A DNA stretch of 64,000 bases, taken from the NCBI GenBank assembly GCA_964016885.1, contig OZ024753.1:13516001-13580000 (forward strand), written 5' to 3'. The stretch is from Eledone cirrhosa. Lineage: Eukaryota. The notes under the pieces are model-generated. The model was given only the letters and a program-made list of their open reading frames with translations. It was not told the DNA's origin and did not search any database. The translations under genes were made by a program, and so were the position numbers. Positions 12,401 through 25,770 of this stretch are shown here, in pieces (within the stretch, counting starts at the first letter, position 1; the number at the start of each line of letters is the position of its first letter).

Positions 12401-15400
12401 CTGATGCAGGTAGTTTGTTCCATGGAGGTTTTAAAGGATGCAGTGTCTTAGCAGCTAACAACTGATGCAGGGAGTTTGTTCCATGGGGGTTTTAAAGGAT
12501 GCAGTGTCTTGACAGCTAACAACTGATGCTGTTAGTTTGTTCCATGGAGGTTTTAAAGGATGCAGTGTCTCGATAGCTAACGACTGATGCAGGTAGTTTG
12601 TTCCATGGAGGTTTTAAAGGATGCAGTGTCTTGACAGCTAACAACTGATGCAGGTATTTTGTTCCATGGAGGTTTTAAAGGATGCAGTGTCTCGACAGCT
12701 AACAACTGATGCAGGGAGTTTGTTCCATGGAGGTTTTAAAGGATGCAGTGTCTTGGGAGCTAACAACTGATGCAGGTAGTTTGTTCCATGGAGGTTTTAA
12801 AGGATGCAGTGTCTTGACAGCTAACAACTGATGCAGGGAGTTTGTTCCACGGAGGTTTTAAAGGATGCAGGTCTTGACAGCTAACAACTGATGCAAGGAG
12901 TTTGTTCCATGGAGGTTTTAAAGGATGCAGTGTCTCGGCAGCTAACAACTGATGCAGGTAGTTTGTTCCATGGAGGTTTTAAAGGATGCAGTGTCTTAGC
13001 AGCTAACAACTGATGCAGGGAGTTTGTTCCATGGAGGTTTTAAAGGATGCAGTGTCTCGACAGCTAACAACTAATGCAGGGAGTTTGTTCCATGGAGGTT
13101 TTAAAGGATGCAGTGTCTTGACAGCTAACAACTGATGCTGGTAGTTTGTTCCATGGAGGTTTTAAAGGATGCAGTGTCTCGATAGCTAACAACTGATGCA
13201 GGTAGTTTGTTCCATGGAGGTTTTAAAGGATGCAGTGTCTTGACAGCTAACAACTGATGCAGGTATTTTGTTCCATGGAGGTTTTAAAGGATGCAGTGTC
13301 TCGACAGCTAACAACTGATGCAGGGAGTTTGTTCCATGGAGGTTTTAAAGAATGCAGTGTCTCGACAGCTAACAACTGATGCAGGGAGTTTGTTCCATGG
13401 AGGTTTTAAAGGATGCAGTGTCTCGGCAGCTAACAACTGATGCAGGGAGTTTGTTCCATGGAGGTTTTAAAGGATGCAGTGTCTCGGAGGCTAACAACTG
13501 ATGCAGGGAGTTTGTTCCATGGAGGTTTTAAAGGATGCAGTGTCTCGACAGCTAACAACTGATGCAGGGAGTTTGTTCCATGGAGGTTTTAAAGGATGCT
13601 GTGTCTCGACAGCTAACAACTGATGCAGGGAGTTTGTTCCATGGAGGTTTTAAAGGATGCAGTGTCTCGGCAGCTAACAACTGATGCAGGGAGTTTGTTT
13701 CATGGAGGTTTTAAAGGATGCAGTGTCTCGACAGCTAACAACTGATGCAGGGAGTTTGTTCCACAGAGGTTTTAAAGGATGCAGTGTCTCGGCAGCTAAC
13801 AACTGATGCAGGTAGTTTGTTCCATGGAGGTTTTAAAGGATGCAGTGTCTTAGCAGCTAACAACTGATGCAGGGAGTTTGTTCCATGGAGGTTTTAAAGG
13901 ATGCAGTGTCTCGGCAGCTAACAACTGATGCAGGGAGTTTGTTTCATGGAGGTTTTAAAGGATGCAGTGTCTCGACAGCTAACAACTGATGCAGGGAGTT
14001 TGTTCCACAGAGGTTTTAAAGGATGCAGTGTCTCGGCAGCTAACAACTGATGCAGGTAGTTTGTTCCATGGAGGTTTTAAAGGATGCAGTGTCTCAACAG
14101 CTAACAACTGATGCAGGGAGTTTGTTCCATGGAGGTTTTAAACGATGCAGTGTCTTGACAGCTAACAACTGATGCTGGTAGTTTGTTCCATGGAGGTTTT
14201 AAAGGATGCAGTGTCTCGATAGCTAACAACTGATGCAGGTAGTTTGTACCATGGAGGTTTTAAAGGATGCAGTGTCTTGACAGCTAACAACTGATGCAGG
14301 TATTTTGTTCCATGGAGGTTTTAAAGGATGCAGTGTCTCGACAGCTAACAACTGATGCAGGGAGTTTGTTCCATGGAGGTTTTAAAGGATGCAGTGTCTT
14401 GGGAGCTAACAACTGATGCAGGTAGTTTGTTCCATGGAGGTTTTAAAGGATGCAGTGTCTTGGCAGCTAACAACTGATGCAGGGAGTTTGTTCCATGGAG
14501 GTTTTAAAGGATGCAGTGTCTTGGCAGCTAACAACTGATGCAGGGAGTTTGTTCCATGAAGGTTTTAAAGGATGCAGTGTCTTGACAGCTAACAACTGAT
14601 GCAGGTAGTTTGTTCCATGGAGGTTTTAAAGGATGCAGTGTCTTAGCAGCTAACAACTGATGCAGGGAGTTTGTTCCATGGGGGTTTTAAAGGATGCAGT
14701 GTCTTGACAGCTAACAACTGATGCTGTTAGTTTGTTCCATGGAGGTTTTAAAGGATGCAGTGTCTCGATAGCTAACAACTGATGCAGGTAGTTTGTTCCA
14801 TGGAGGTTTTAAAGGATGCAGTGTCTTGACAGCTAACAACTGATGCAGGTATTTTGTTCCATGGAGGTTTTAAAGGATGCAGTGTCTCGACAGCTAACAA
14901 CTGATGCAGGGAGTTTGTTCCATGGAGGTTTTAAAGGATGCAGTGTCTTGGGAGCTAACAACTGATGCAGGTAGTTTGTTCCATGGAGGTTTTAAAGGAT
15001 GCAGTGTCTTGACAGCTAACAACTAATGCAGGGAGTTTGTTCCATGGAGGTTTTAAAGGATGCAGTGTCTTGACAGCTAACAACTGATGCTGGTAGTTTG
15101 TTCCATGGAGGTTTTAAAGGATGCAGTGTCTCGATAGCTAACAACTGATGCAGGTAGTTTGTTCCATGGAGGTTTTAAAGGATGCAGTGTCTTGACAGCT
15201 AACAACTGATGCAGGTATTTTGTTCCATGGAGGTTTTAAAGGATGCAGTGTCTCGACAGCTAACAACTGATGCAGGGAGTTTGTTCCATGGAGGTTTTAA
15301 AGAATGCAGTGTCTCGACAGCTAACAACTGATGCAGGGAGTTTGTTCCATGGAGGTTTTAAAGGATGCAGTGTCTCGGCAGCTAACAACTGATGCAGGGA

Positions 15401-18400
15401 GTTTGTTCCATGGAGGTTTTAAAGGATGCAGTGTCTCGGAGGCTAACAACTGATGCAGGGAGTTTGTTCCATGGAGGTTTTAAAGGATGCAGTGTCTCGA
15501 CAGCTAACAACTGATGCAGGGAGTTTGTTCCATGGAGGTTTTAAAGGATGCTGTGTCTCGACAGCTAACAACTGATGCAGGGAGTTTGTTCCATGGAGGT
15601 TTTAAAGGATGCAGTGTCTCGGCAGCTAACAACTGATGCAGGGAGTTTGTTTCATGGAGGTTTTAAAGGATGCAGTGTCTCGACAGCTAACAACTGATGC
15701 AGGGAGTTTGTTCCACAGAGGTTTTAAAGGATGCAGTGTCTCGGCAGCTAACAACTGATGCAGGTAGTTTGTTCCATGGAGGTTTTAAAGGATGCAGTGT
15801 CTTAGCAGCTAACAACTGATGCAGGGAGTTTGTTCCATGGAGGTTTTAAAGGATGCAGTGTCTCGGCAGCTAACAACTGATGCAGGGAGTTTGTTTCATG
15901 GAGGTTTTAAAGGATGCAGTGTCTCGACAGCTAACAACTGATGCAGGGAGTTTGTTCCACAGAGGTTTTAAAGGATGCAGTGTCTCGGCAGCTAACAACT
16001 GATGCAGGTAGTTTGTTCCATGGAGGTTTTAAAGGATGCAGTGTCTCAACAGCTAACAACTGATGCAGGGAGTTTGTTCCATGGAGGTTTTAAACGATGC
16101 AGTGTCTTGACAGCTAACAACTGATGCTGGTAGTTTGTTCCATGGAGGTTTTAAAGGATGCAGTGTCTCGATAGCTAACAACTGATGCAGGTAGTTTGTA
16201 CCATGGAGGTTTTAAAGGATGCAGTGTCTTGACAGCTAACAACTGATGCAGGTATTTTGTTCCATGGAGGTTTTAAAGGATGCAGTGTCTCGACAGCTAA
16301 CAACTGATGCAGGGAGTTTGTTCCATGGAGGTTTTAAAGGATGCAGTGTCTTGGGAGCTAACAACTGATGCAGGTAGTTTGTTCCATGGAGGTTTTAAAG
16401 GATGCAGTGTCTTGGCAGCTAACAACTGATGCAGGGAGTTTGTTCCATGGAGGTTTTAAAGGATGCAGTGTCTTGGCAGCTAACAACTGATGCAGGGAGT
16501 TTGTTCCATGAAGGTTTTAAAGGATGCAGTGTCTTGACAGCTAACAACTGATGCAGGTAGTTTGTTCCATGGAGGTTTTAAAGGATGCAGTGTCTTAGCA
16601 GCTAACAACTGATGCAGGGAGTTTGTTCCATGGGGGTTTTAAAGGATGCAGTGTCTTGACAGCTAACAACTGATGCTGTTAGTTTGTTCCATGGAGGTTT
16701 TAAAGGATGCAGTGTCTCGATAGCTAACAACTGATGCAGGTAGTTTGTTCCATGGAGGTTTTAAAGGATGCAGTGTCTTGACAGCTAACAACTGATGCAG
16801 GTATTTTGTTCCATGGAGGTTTTAAAGGATGCAGTGTCTCGACAGCTAACAACTGATGCAGGGAGTTTGTTCCATGGAGGTTTTAAAGGATGCAGTGTCT
16901 TGGGAGCTAACAACTGATGCAGGTAGTTTGTTCCATGGAGGTTTTAAAGGATGCAGTGTCATGACAGCTAACAACTGATGCAGGGAGTTTGTTCCACGGA
17001 GGTTTTAAAGGATGCAGGTCTTGACAGCTAACAACTGATGCAGGGAGTTTGTTCCATGGAGGTTTTAAAGGATGCAGTGTCTCGGCAGCTAACAACTGAT
17101 GCAGGTAGTTTGTTCCATGGAGGTTTTAAAGGATGCAGTGTCTTAGCAGCTAACAACTGATGCAGGGAGTTTGTTCCATGGAGGTTTTAAAGGATGCAGT
17201 GTCTCGACAGCTAACAACTAATGCAGGGAGTTTGTTCCATGGAGGTTTTAAAGGATGCAGTGTCTTGACAGCTAACAACTGATGCTGGTAGTTTGTTCCA
17301 TGGAGGTTTTAAAGGATGCAGTGTCTCGATAGCTAACAACTGATGCAGGTAGTTTGTTCCATGGAGGTTTTAAAGGATGCAGTGTCTTGACAGCTAACAA
17401 CTGATGCAGGTATTTTGTTCCATGGAGGTTTTAAAGGATGCAGTGTCTCGACAGCTAACAACTGATGCAGGGAGTTTGTTCCATGGAGGTTTTAAAGAAT
17501 GCAGTGTCTTGACAGCTAACAACTGATGCTGGTAGTTTGTTCCATGGAGGTTTTAAAGGATGCAGTGTCTTGACAGCTAACAACTAATGCAGGGAGTTTG
17601 TTCCATGGAGGTTTTAAAGGATGCAGTGTCTTGACAGCTAACAACTGATGCTGGTAGTTTGTTCCATGGAGGTTTTAAAGGATGCAGTGTCTTGACAGCT
17701 AACAACTGATGCAGGTAGTTTGTTCCATGGAGGTTTTAAAGGATGCAGTGTCTTGACAGCTAACAACTGATGCAGGGAGTTTGTTCCACGGAGGTTTTCA
17801 AGGATGCAGGTCTTGACAGCTAACAACTGATGCAGGGAGTTTGTTCCATGGAGGTTTTAAAGGATGCAGTGTCTCGACGGCTAACAACTGATGCAGGGAG
17901 TTTGTTCCACGGAGGTTTTAAAGGATGCAGTGTCTTGGGAGCTAACAACTGATGCAGGGAGTTTGTTCAATGGAGGTTTTAAAGGATGCAGTGTCTCAAC
18001 GGCTAACAACTGATGCAGGTAGTTTGTTCCATAGAGGTTTTAAAGGATGCAGTGTCTCGACAGCTAACAACTGATGCAGGGAGTTTGTTCCATGGAGGTT
18101 TTAAACGATGCAGTGTCTTGACAGCTAACAACTGATGCTGGTAGTTTGTTCCATGGAGGTTTTAAAGGATGCAGTGTCTCGATAGCTAACAACTGATGCA
18201 GGTAGTTTGTACCATGGAGGTTTTAAAGGATGCAGTGTCTTGACAGCTAACAACTGATGCAGGTATTTTGTTCCATGGAGGTTTTAAAGGATGCAGTGTC
18301 TCGACAGCTAACAACTGATGCAGGGAGTTTGTTCCATGGAGGTTTTAAAGGATGCAGTGTCTTGGGAGCTAACAACTGATGCAGGTAGTTTGTTCCATGG

Positions 18401-21400
18401 AGGTTTTAAAGGATGCAGTGTCTTGGCAGCTAACAACTGATGCAGGGAGTTTGTTCCATGGAGGTTTTAAAGGATGCAGTGTCTTGGCAGCTAACAACTG
18501 ATGCAGGGAGTTTGTTCCATGAAGGTTTTAAAGGATGCAGTGTCTTGACAGCTAACAACTGATGCAGGTAGTTTGTTCCATGGAGGTTTTAAAGGATGCA
18601 GTGTCTTAGCAGCTAACAACTGATGCAGGGAGTTTGTTCCATGGGGGTTTTAAAGGATGCAGTGTCTTGACAGCTAACAACTGATGCTGTTAGTTTGTTC
18701 CATGGAGGTTTTAAAGGATGCAGTGTCTCGATAGCTAACAACTGATGCAGGTAGTTTGTTCCATGGAGGTTTTAAAGGATGCAGTGTCTTGACAGCTAAC
18801 AACTGATGCAGGTATTTTGTTCCATGGAGGTTTTAAAGGATGCAGTGTCTCGACAGCTAACAACTGATGCAGGGAGTTTGTTCCATGGAGGTTTTAAAGG
18901 ATGCAGTGTCTTGGGAGCTAACAACTGATGCAGGTAGTTTGTTCCATGGAGGTTTTAAAGGATGCAGTGTCTTGACAGCTAACAACTGATGCAGGGAGTT
19001 TGTTCCACGGAGGTTTTAAAGGATGCAGGTCTTGACAGCTAACAACTGATGCAGGGAGTTTGTTCCATGGAGGTTTTAAAGGATGCAGTGTCTCGGCAGC
19101 TAACAACTGATGCAGGTAGTTTGTTCCATGGAGGTTTTAAAGGATGCAGTGTCTTAGCAGCTAACAACTGATGCAGGGAGTTTGTTCCATGGAGGTTTTA
19201 AAGGATGCAGTGTCTCGACAGCTAACAACTAATGCAGGGAGTTTGTTCCATGGAGGTTTTAAAGGATGCAGTGTCTCGACAGCTAACAACTGATGCAGGG
19301 AGTTTGTTCCATGGAGGTTTTAAAGGATGCAGTGTCTCGGCAGCTAACAACTGATGCAGGGAGTTTGTTTCATGGAGGTTTTAAAGGATGCAGTGTCTCG
19401 ACAGCTAACAACTGATGCAGGGAGTTTGTTCCACAGAGGTTTTAAAGGATGCAGTGTCTCGGCAGCTAACAACTGATGCAGGTAGTTTGTTCCATGGAGG
19501 TTTTAAAGGATGCAGTGTCTTAGCAGCTAACAACTGATGCAGGGAGTTTGTTCCATGGAGGTTTTAAAGGATGCAGTGTCTCGGCAGCTAACAACTGATG
19601 CAGGGAGTTTGTTTCATGGAGGTTTTAAAGGATGCAGTGTCTCGACAGCTAACAACTGATGCAGGGAGTTTGTTCCACAGAGGTTTTAAAGGATGCAGTG
19701 TCTCGGCAGCTAACAACTGATGCAGGTAGTTTGTTCCATGGAGGTTTTAAAGGATGCAGTGTCTCAACAGCTAACAACTGATGCAGGGAGTTTGTTCCAT
19801 GGAGGTTTTAAACGATGCAGTGTCTTGACAGCTAACAACTGATGCTGGTAGTTTGTTCCATGGAGGTTTTAAAGGATGCAGTGTCTCGATAGCTAACAAC
19901 TGATGCAGGTAGTTTGTACCATGGAGGTTTTAAAGGATGCAGTGTCTTGACAGCTAACAACTGATGCAGGTATTTTGTTCCATGGAGGTTTTAAAGGATG
20001 CAGTGTCTCGACAGCTAACAACTGATGCAGGGAGTTTGTTCCATGGAGGTTTTAAAGGATGCAGTGTCTTGGGAGCTAACAACTGATGCAGGTAGTTTGT
20101 TCCATGGAGGTTTTAAAGGATGCAGTGTCTTGGCAGCTAACAACTGATGCAGGGAGTTTGTTCCATGGAGGTTTTAAAGGATGCAGTGTCTTGGCAGCTA
20201 ACAACTGATGCAGGGAGTTTGTTCCATGAAGGTTTTAAAGGATGCAGTGTCTTGACAGCTAACAACTGATGCAGGTAGTTTGTTCCATGGAGGTTTTAAA
20301 GGATGCAGTGTCTTAGCAGCTAACAACTGATGCAGGGAGTTTGTTCCATGGGGGTTTTAAAGGATGCAGTGTCTTGACAGCTAACAACTGATGCTGTTAG
20401 TTTGTTCCATGGAGGTTTTAAAGGATGCAGTGTCTCGATAGCTAACAACTGATGCAGGTAGTTTGTTCCATGGAGGTTTTAAAGGATGCAGTGTCTTGAC
20501 AGCTAACAACTGATGCAGGTATTTTGTTCCATGGAGGTTTTAAAGGATGCAGTGTCTCGACAGCTAACAACTGATGCAGGGAGTTTGTTCCATGGAGGTT
20601 TTAAAGGATGCAGTGTCTTGGGAGCTAACAACTGATGCAGGTAGTTTGTTCCATGGAGGTTTTAAAGGATGCAGTGTCATGACAGCTAACAACTGATGCA
20701 GGGAGTTTGTTCCACGGAGGTTTTAAAGGATGCAGGTCTTGACAGCTAACAACTGATGCAGGGAGTTTGTTCCATGGAGGTTTTAAAGGATGCAGTGTCT
20801 CGGCAGCTAACAACTGATGCAGGTAGTTTGTTCCATGGAGGTTTTAAAGGATGCAGTGTCTTAGCAGCTAACAACTGATGCAGGGAGTTTGTTCCATGGA
20901 GGTTTTAAAGGATGCAGTGTCTCGACAGCTAACAACTAATGCAGGGAGTTTGTTCCATGGAGGTTTTAAAGGATGCAGTGTCTTGACAGCTAACAACTGA
21001 TGCTGGTAGTTTGTTCCATGGAGGTTTTAAAGGATGCAGTGTCTCGATAGCTAACAACTGATGCAGGTAGTTTGTTCCATGGAGGTTTTAAAGGATGCAG
21101 TGTCTTGACAGCTAACAACTGATGCAGGTATTTTGTTCCATGGAGGTTTTAAAGGATGCAGTGTCTCGACAGCTAACAACTGATGCAGGGAGTTTGTTCC
21201 ATGGAGGTTTTAAAGAATGCAGTGTCTCGACAGCTAACAACTGATGCAGGGAGTTTGTTCCACGGAGGTTTTAAAGGATGCAGTGTCTTGACAGCTAACA
21301 ACTGATGCAGGGAGTTTGTTCCATGGAGGTTTTCAAGGATGCAGGTCTTGACAGCTAACAACTGATGCAGGGAGTTTGTTCCATGGAGGTTTTAAAGGAT

Positions 21401-24400
21401 GCAGTGTCTCGACGGCTAACAACTGATGCAGGGAGTTTGTTCCACGGAGGTTTTAAAGGATGCAGTGTCTCGACAGCTAACAACTGATGCAGGGAGTTTG
21501 TTCCACAGAGGTTTTAAAGGATGCAGTGTCTCGGCAGCTAACAACTGATGCAGGTAGTTTGTTCCATGGAGGTTTTAAAGGATGCAGTGTCTTAGCAGCT
21601 AACAACTGATGCAGGGAGTTTGTTCCATGGAGGTTTTAAAGGATGCAGCGTCTCGACAGCTAACAACTAATGCAGGGAGTTTGTTCCATGGAGGTTTTAA
21701 AGGATGCAGTGTCTTGACAGCTAACAACTGATGCTGGTAGTTTGTTCCATGGAGGTTTTAAAGGATGCAGTGTCTCGATAGCTAACAACTGATGCAGGTA
21801 TTTTGTTCCATGGAGGTTTTAAAGGATGCAGTGTCTCGACAGCTAACAACTGATGCAGGGAGTTTGTTCCATGGAGGTTTTAAAGGATGCAGTGTCTTAG
21901 CAGCTAACAACTGATGCAGGGAGTTTGTTCCATGGAGGTTTTAAAGGATGCAGTTTCTCGACAGCTAACAACTAATGCAGGGAGTTTGTTCCATGGAGGT
22001 TTTAAAGGATGCAGTGTCTTGACAGCTAACAACTGATGCTGGTAGTTTGTTCCATGGAGGTTTTAAAGGATGCAGTGTCTTGACAGCTAACAACTGATGC
22101 AGGTAGTTTGTTCCATGGAGGTTTTAAAGGATGCAGTGTCTTGACAGCTAACAACTGATGCAGGGAGTTTGTTCCACGGAGGTTTTCAAGGATGCAGGTC
22201 TTGACAGCTAACAACTGATGCAGGGAGTTTGTTCCATGGAGGTTTTAAAGGATGCAGTGTCTCGACGGCTAACAACTGATGCAGGGAGTTTGTTCCACGG
22301 AGGTTTTAAAGGATGCAGTGTCTTGGGAGCTAACAACTGATGCAGGGAGTTTGTTCAATGGAGGTTTTAAAGGATGCAGTGTCTCAACGGCTAACAACTG
22401 ATGCAGGTAGTTTGTTCCATAGAGGTTTTAAAGGATGCAGTGTCTCGACAGCTAACAACTGATGCAGGGAGTTTGTTCCATGGAGGTTTTAAACGATGCA
22501 GTGTCTTGACAGCTAACAACTGATGCTGGTAGTTTGTTCCATGGAGGTTTTAAAGGATGCAGTGTCTCGATAGCTAACAACTGATGCAGGTAGTTTGTAC
22601 CATGGAGGTTTTAAAGGATGCAGTGTCTTGACAGCTAACAACTGATGCAGGTATTTTGTTCCATGGAGGTTTTAAAGGATGCAGTGTCTCGACAGCTAAC
22701 AACTGATGCAGGGAGTTTGTTCCATGGAGGTTTTAAAGGATGCAGTGTCTTGGGAGCTAACAACTGATGCAGGTAGTTTGTTCCATGGAGGTTTTAAAGG
22801 ATGCAGTGTCTTGGCAGCTAACAACTGATGCAGGGAGTTTGTTCCATGGAGGTTTTAAAGGATGCAGTGTCTTGGCAGCTAACAACTGATGCAGGGAGTT
22901 TGTTCCATGAAGGTTTTAAAGGATGCAGTGTCTTGACAGCTAACAACTGATGCAGGTAGTTTGTTCCATGGAGGTTTTAAAGGATGCAGTGTCTTAGCAG
23001 CTAACAACTGATGCAGGGAGTTTGTTCCATGGGGGTTTTAAAGGATGCAGTGTCTTGACAGCTAACAACTGATGCTGTTAGTTTGTTCCATGGAGGTTTT
23101 AAAGGATGCAGTGTCTCGATAGCTAACAACTGATGCAGGTAGTTTGTTCCATGGAGGTTTTAAAGGATGCAGTGTCTTGACAGCTAACAACTGATGCAGG
23201 TATTTTGTTCCATGGAGGTTTTAAAGGATGCAGTGTCTCGACAGCTAACAACTGATGCAGGGAGTTTGTTCCATGGAGGTTTTAAAGGATGCAGTGTCTT
23301 GGGAGCTAACAACTGATGCAGGTAGTTTGTTCCATGGAGGTTTTAAAGGATGCAGTGTCTTGACAGCTAACAACTGATGCAGGGAGTTTGTTCCACGGAG
23401 GTTTTAAAGGATGCAGGTCTTGACAGCTAACAACTGATGCAGGGAGTTTGTTCCATGGAGGTTTTAAAGGATGCAGTGTCTCGGCAGCTAACAACTGATG
23501 CAGGTAGTTTGTTCCATGGAGGTTTTAAAGGATGCAGTGTCTTAGCAGCTAACAACTGATGCAGGGAGTTTGTTCCATGGAGGTTTTAAAGGATGCAGTG
23601 TCTCGACAGCTAACAACTAATGCAGGGAGTTTGTTCCATGGAGGTTTTAAAGGATGCAGTGTCTTGACAGCTAACAACTGATGCTGGTAGTTTGTTCCAT
23701 GGAGGTTTTAAAGGATGCAGTGTCTCGATAGCTAACAACTGATGCAGGTAGTTTGTTCCATGGAGGTTTTAAAGGATGCAGTGTCTTGACAGCTAACAAC
23801 TGATGCAGGTATTTTGTTCCATGGAGGTTTTAAAGGATGCAGTGTCTCGACAGCTAACAACTGATGCAGGGAGTTTGTTCCATGGAGGTTTTAAAGAATG
23901 CAGTGTCTCGACAGCTAACAACTGATGCAGGGAGTTTGTTCCACGGAGGTTTTAAAGGATGCAGTGTCTTGACAGCTAACAACTGATGCAGGGAGTTTGT
24001 TCCATGGAGGTTTTCAAGGATGCAGGTCTTGACAGCTAACAACTGATGCAGGGAGTTTGTTCCATGGAGGTTTTAAAGGATGCAGTGTCTCGACGGCTAA
24101 CAACTGATGCAGGGAGTTTGTTCCACGGAGGTTTTAAAGGATGCAGTGTCTCGACAGCTAACAACTGATGCAGGGAGTTTGTTCCACAGAGGTTTTAAAG
24201 GATGCAGTGTCTCGGCAGCTAACAACTGATGCAGGTAGTTTGTTCCATGGAGGTTTTAAAGGATGCAGTGTCTTAGCAGCTAACAACTGATGCAGGGAGT
24301 TTGTTCCATGGAGGTTTTAAAGGATGCAGTGTCTCGACAGCTAACAACTAATGCAGGGAGTTTGTTCCATGGAGGTTTTAAAGGATGCAGTGTCTTGACA

Positions 24401-25770
24401 GCTAACAACTGATGCTGGTAGTTTGTTCCATGGAGGTTTTAAAGGATGCAGTGTCTCGATAGCTAACAACTGATGCAGGTATTTTGTTCCATGGAGGTTT
24501 TAAAGGATGCAGTGTCTCGACAGCTAACAACTGATGCAGGGAGTTTGTTCCATGGAGGTTTTAAAGGATGCAGTGTCTTAGCAGCTAACAACTGATGCAG
24601 GGAGTTTGTTCCATGGAGGTTTTAAAGGATGCAGTTTCTCGACAGCTAACAACTAATGCAGGGAGTTTGTTCCATGGAGGTTTTAAAGGATGCAGTGTCT
24701 TGACAGCTAACAACTGATGCTGGTAGTTTGTTCCATGGAGGTTTTAAAGGATGCAGTGTCTTGACAGCTAACAACTGATGCAGGTAGTTTGTTCCATGGA
24801 GGTTTTAAAGGATGCAGTGTCTTGACAGCTAACAACTGATGCAGGGAGTTTGTTCCACGGAGGTTTTCAAGGATGCAGGTCTTGACAGCTAACAACTGAT
24901 GCAGGGAGTTTGTTCCATGGAGGTTTTAAAGGATGCAGTGTCTCGACGGCTAACAACTGATGCAGGGAGTTTGTTCCACGGAGGTTTTAAAGGATGCAGT
25001 GTCTTGGGAGCTAACAACTGATGCAGGGAGTTTGTTCAATGGAGGTTTTAAAGGATGCAGTGTCTCAACGGCTAACAACTGATGCAGGTAGTTTGTTCCA
25101 TAGAGGTTTTAAAGGATGCAGTGTCTCGACAGCTAACAACTGATGCAGGGAGTTTGTTCCATGGAGGTTTTAAAGGATGCAGTGTCTCGACAGCTAACAA
25201 CTGATGCAGGGAGTTTGTTCCACGGAGGTTTTAAAGGATGCAGTGTCTCGGCAGCTAACAACTGATGCAGGGAGTTTGTTCCACGGAGGTTTTAAAGGAT
25301 GCAGTGTCTTGACAGCTAACAACTGATGTAGGGTGTTTGTTCCATGGAGGTTTTAAAGGATGCAGTGTCTTGGGAGCTAACAACTGCTGCAGGTAGTTTG
25401 TTCCATGGAGGTTTTAAAGGATGCAGTGTCTTGACAGCTAACAACTGATGCTGGGAGTTTGTTCCATGGAGGTTTTAAAGCATGCAGTGTTTCGACAGCT
25501 AACAACTGATGCAGGGAGTTTGTTCCATCGAGGTTTTAAAGGATGCAGTGTCTCGACGGCTCACAACTGATGCAGGTAGTTTGTTCCATGGTTTTAAAGG
25601 ATGCAGTGTCTTGGCAGCTAACAACTGATGCAGTAAGTTTGTTCCATCGAGGTTTTAAAGGATGCAGTGTCTCGACGGCTAACAACTGATGCAGGTAGTT
25701 TGTTCCATGGAAGTTTTAAAGGATGCAGTGTCTTGGCACCTAACAACTGATGCAGGGAGTTTGTTCCATG
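3479..25770 (-). repeat. 61-bp satellite, ~365 units, with higher-order repeats; unit encodes WNKLPASVVSCQDTASFKTSM
   Basis: Consensus (+) ccatggaggttttaaaggatgcagtgtctYgRcagctaacaactgatgcaggKagtttgtt; in frame with upstream FFMLRIAEAWNKLP; marker variants recur at 2195, 1585, 1952, 2681 and 4388 bp spacings. Confidence 0.97.

Noticed and set aside
5326-24895. Fifteen 62-aa ORFs in the satellite
   Set aside because: They arise only where a 1-bp-deleted unit shifts the frame past the recurrent stop; they start at non-ATG codons and are not genes.
3479-25770. CRISPR-like array or diversity cassette
   Set aside because: No unique spacers; units are contiguous near-identical 61-mers that translate as a LINE ORF2 C-terminus; eukaryotic context with no cas genes.
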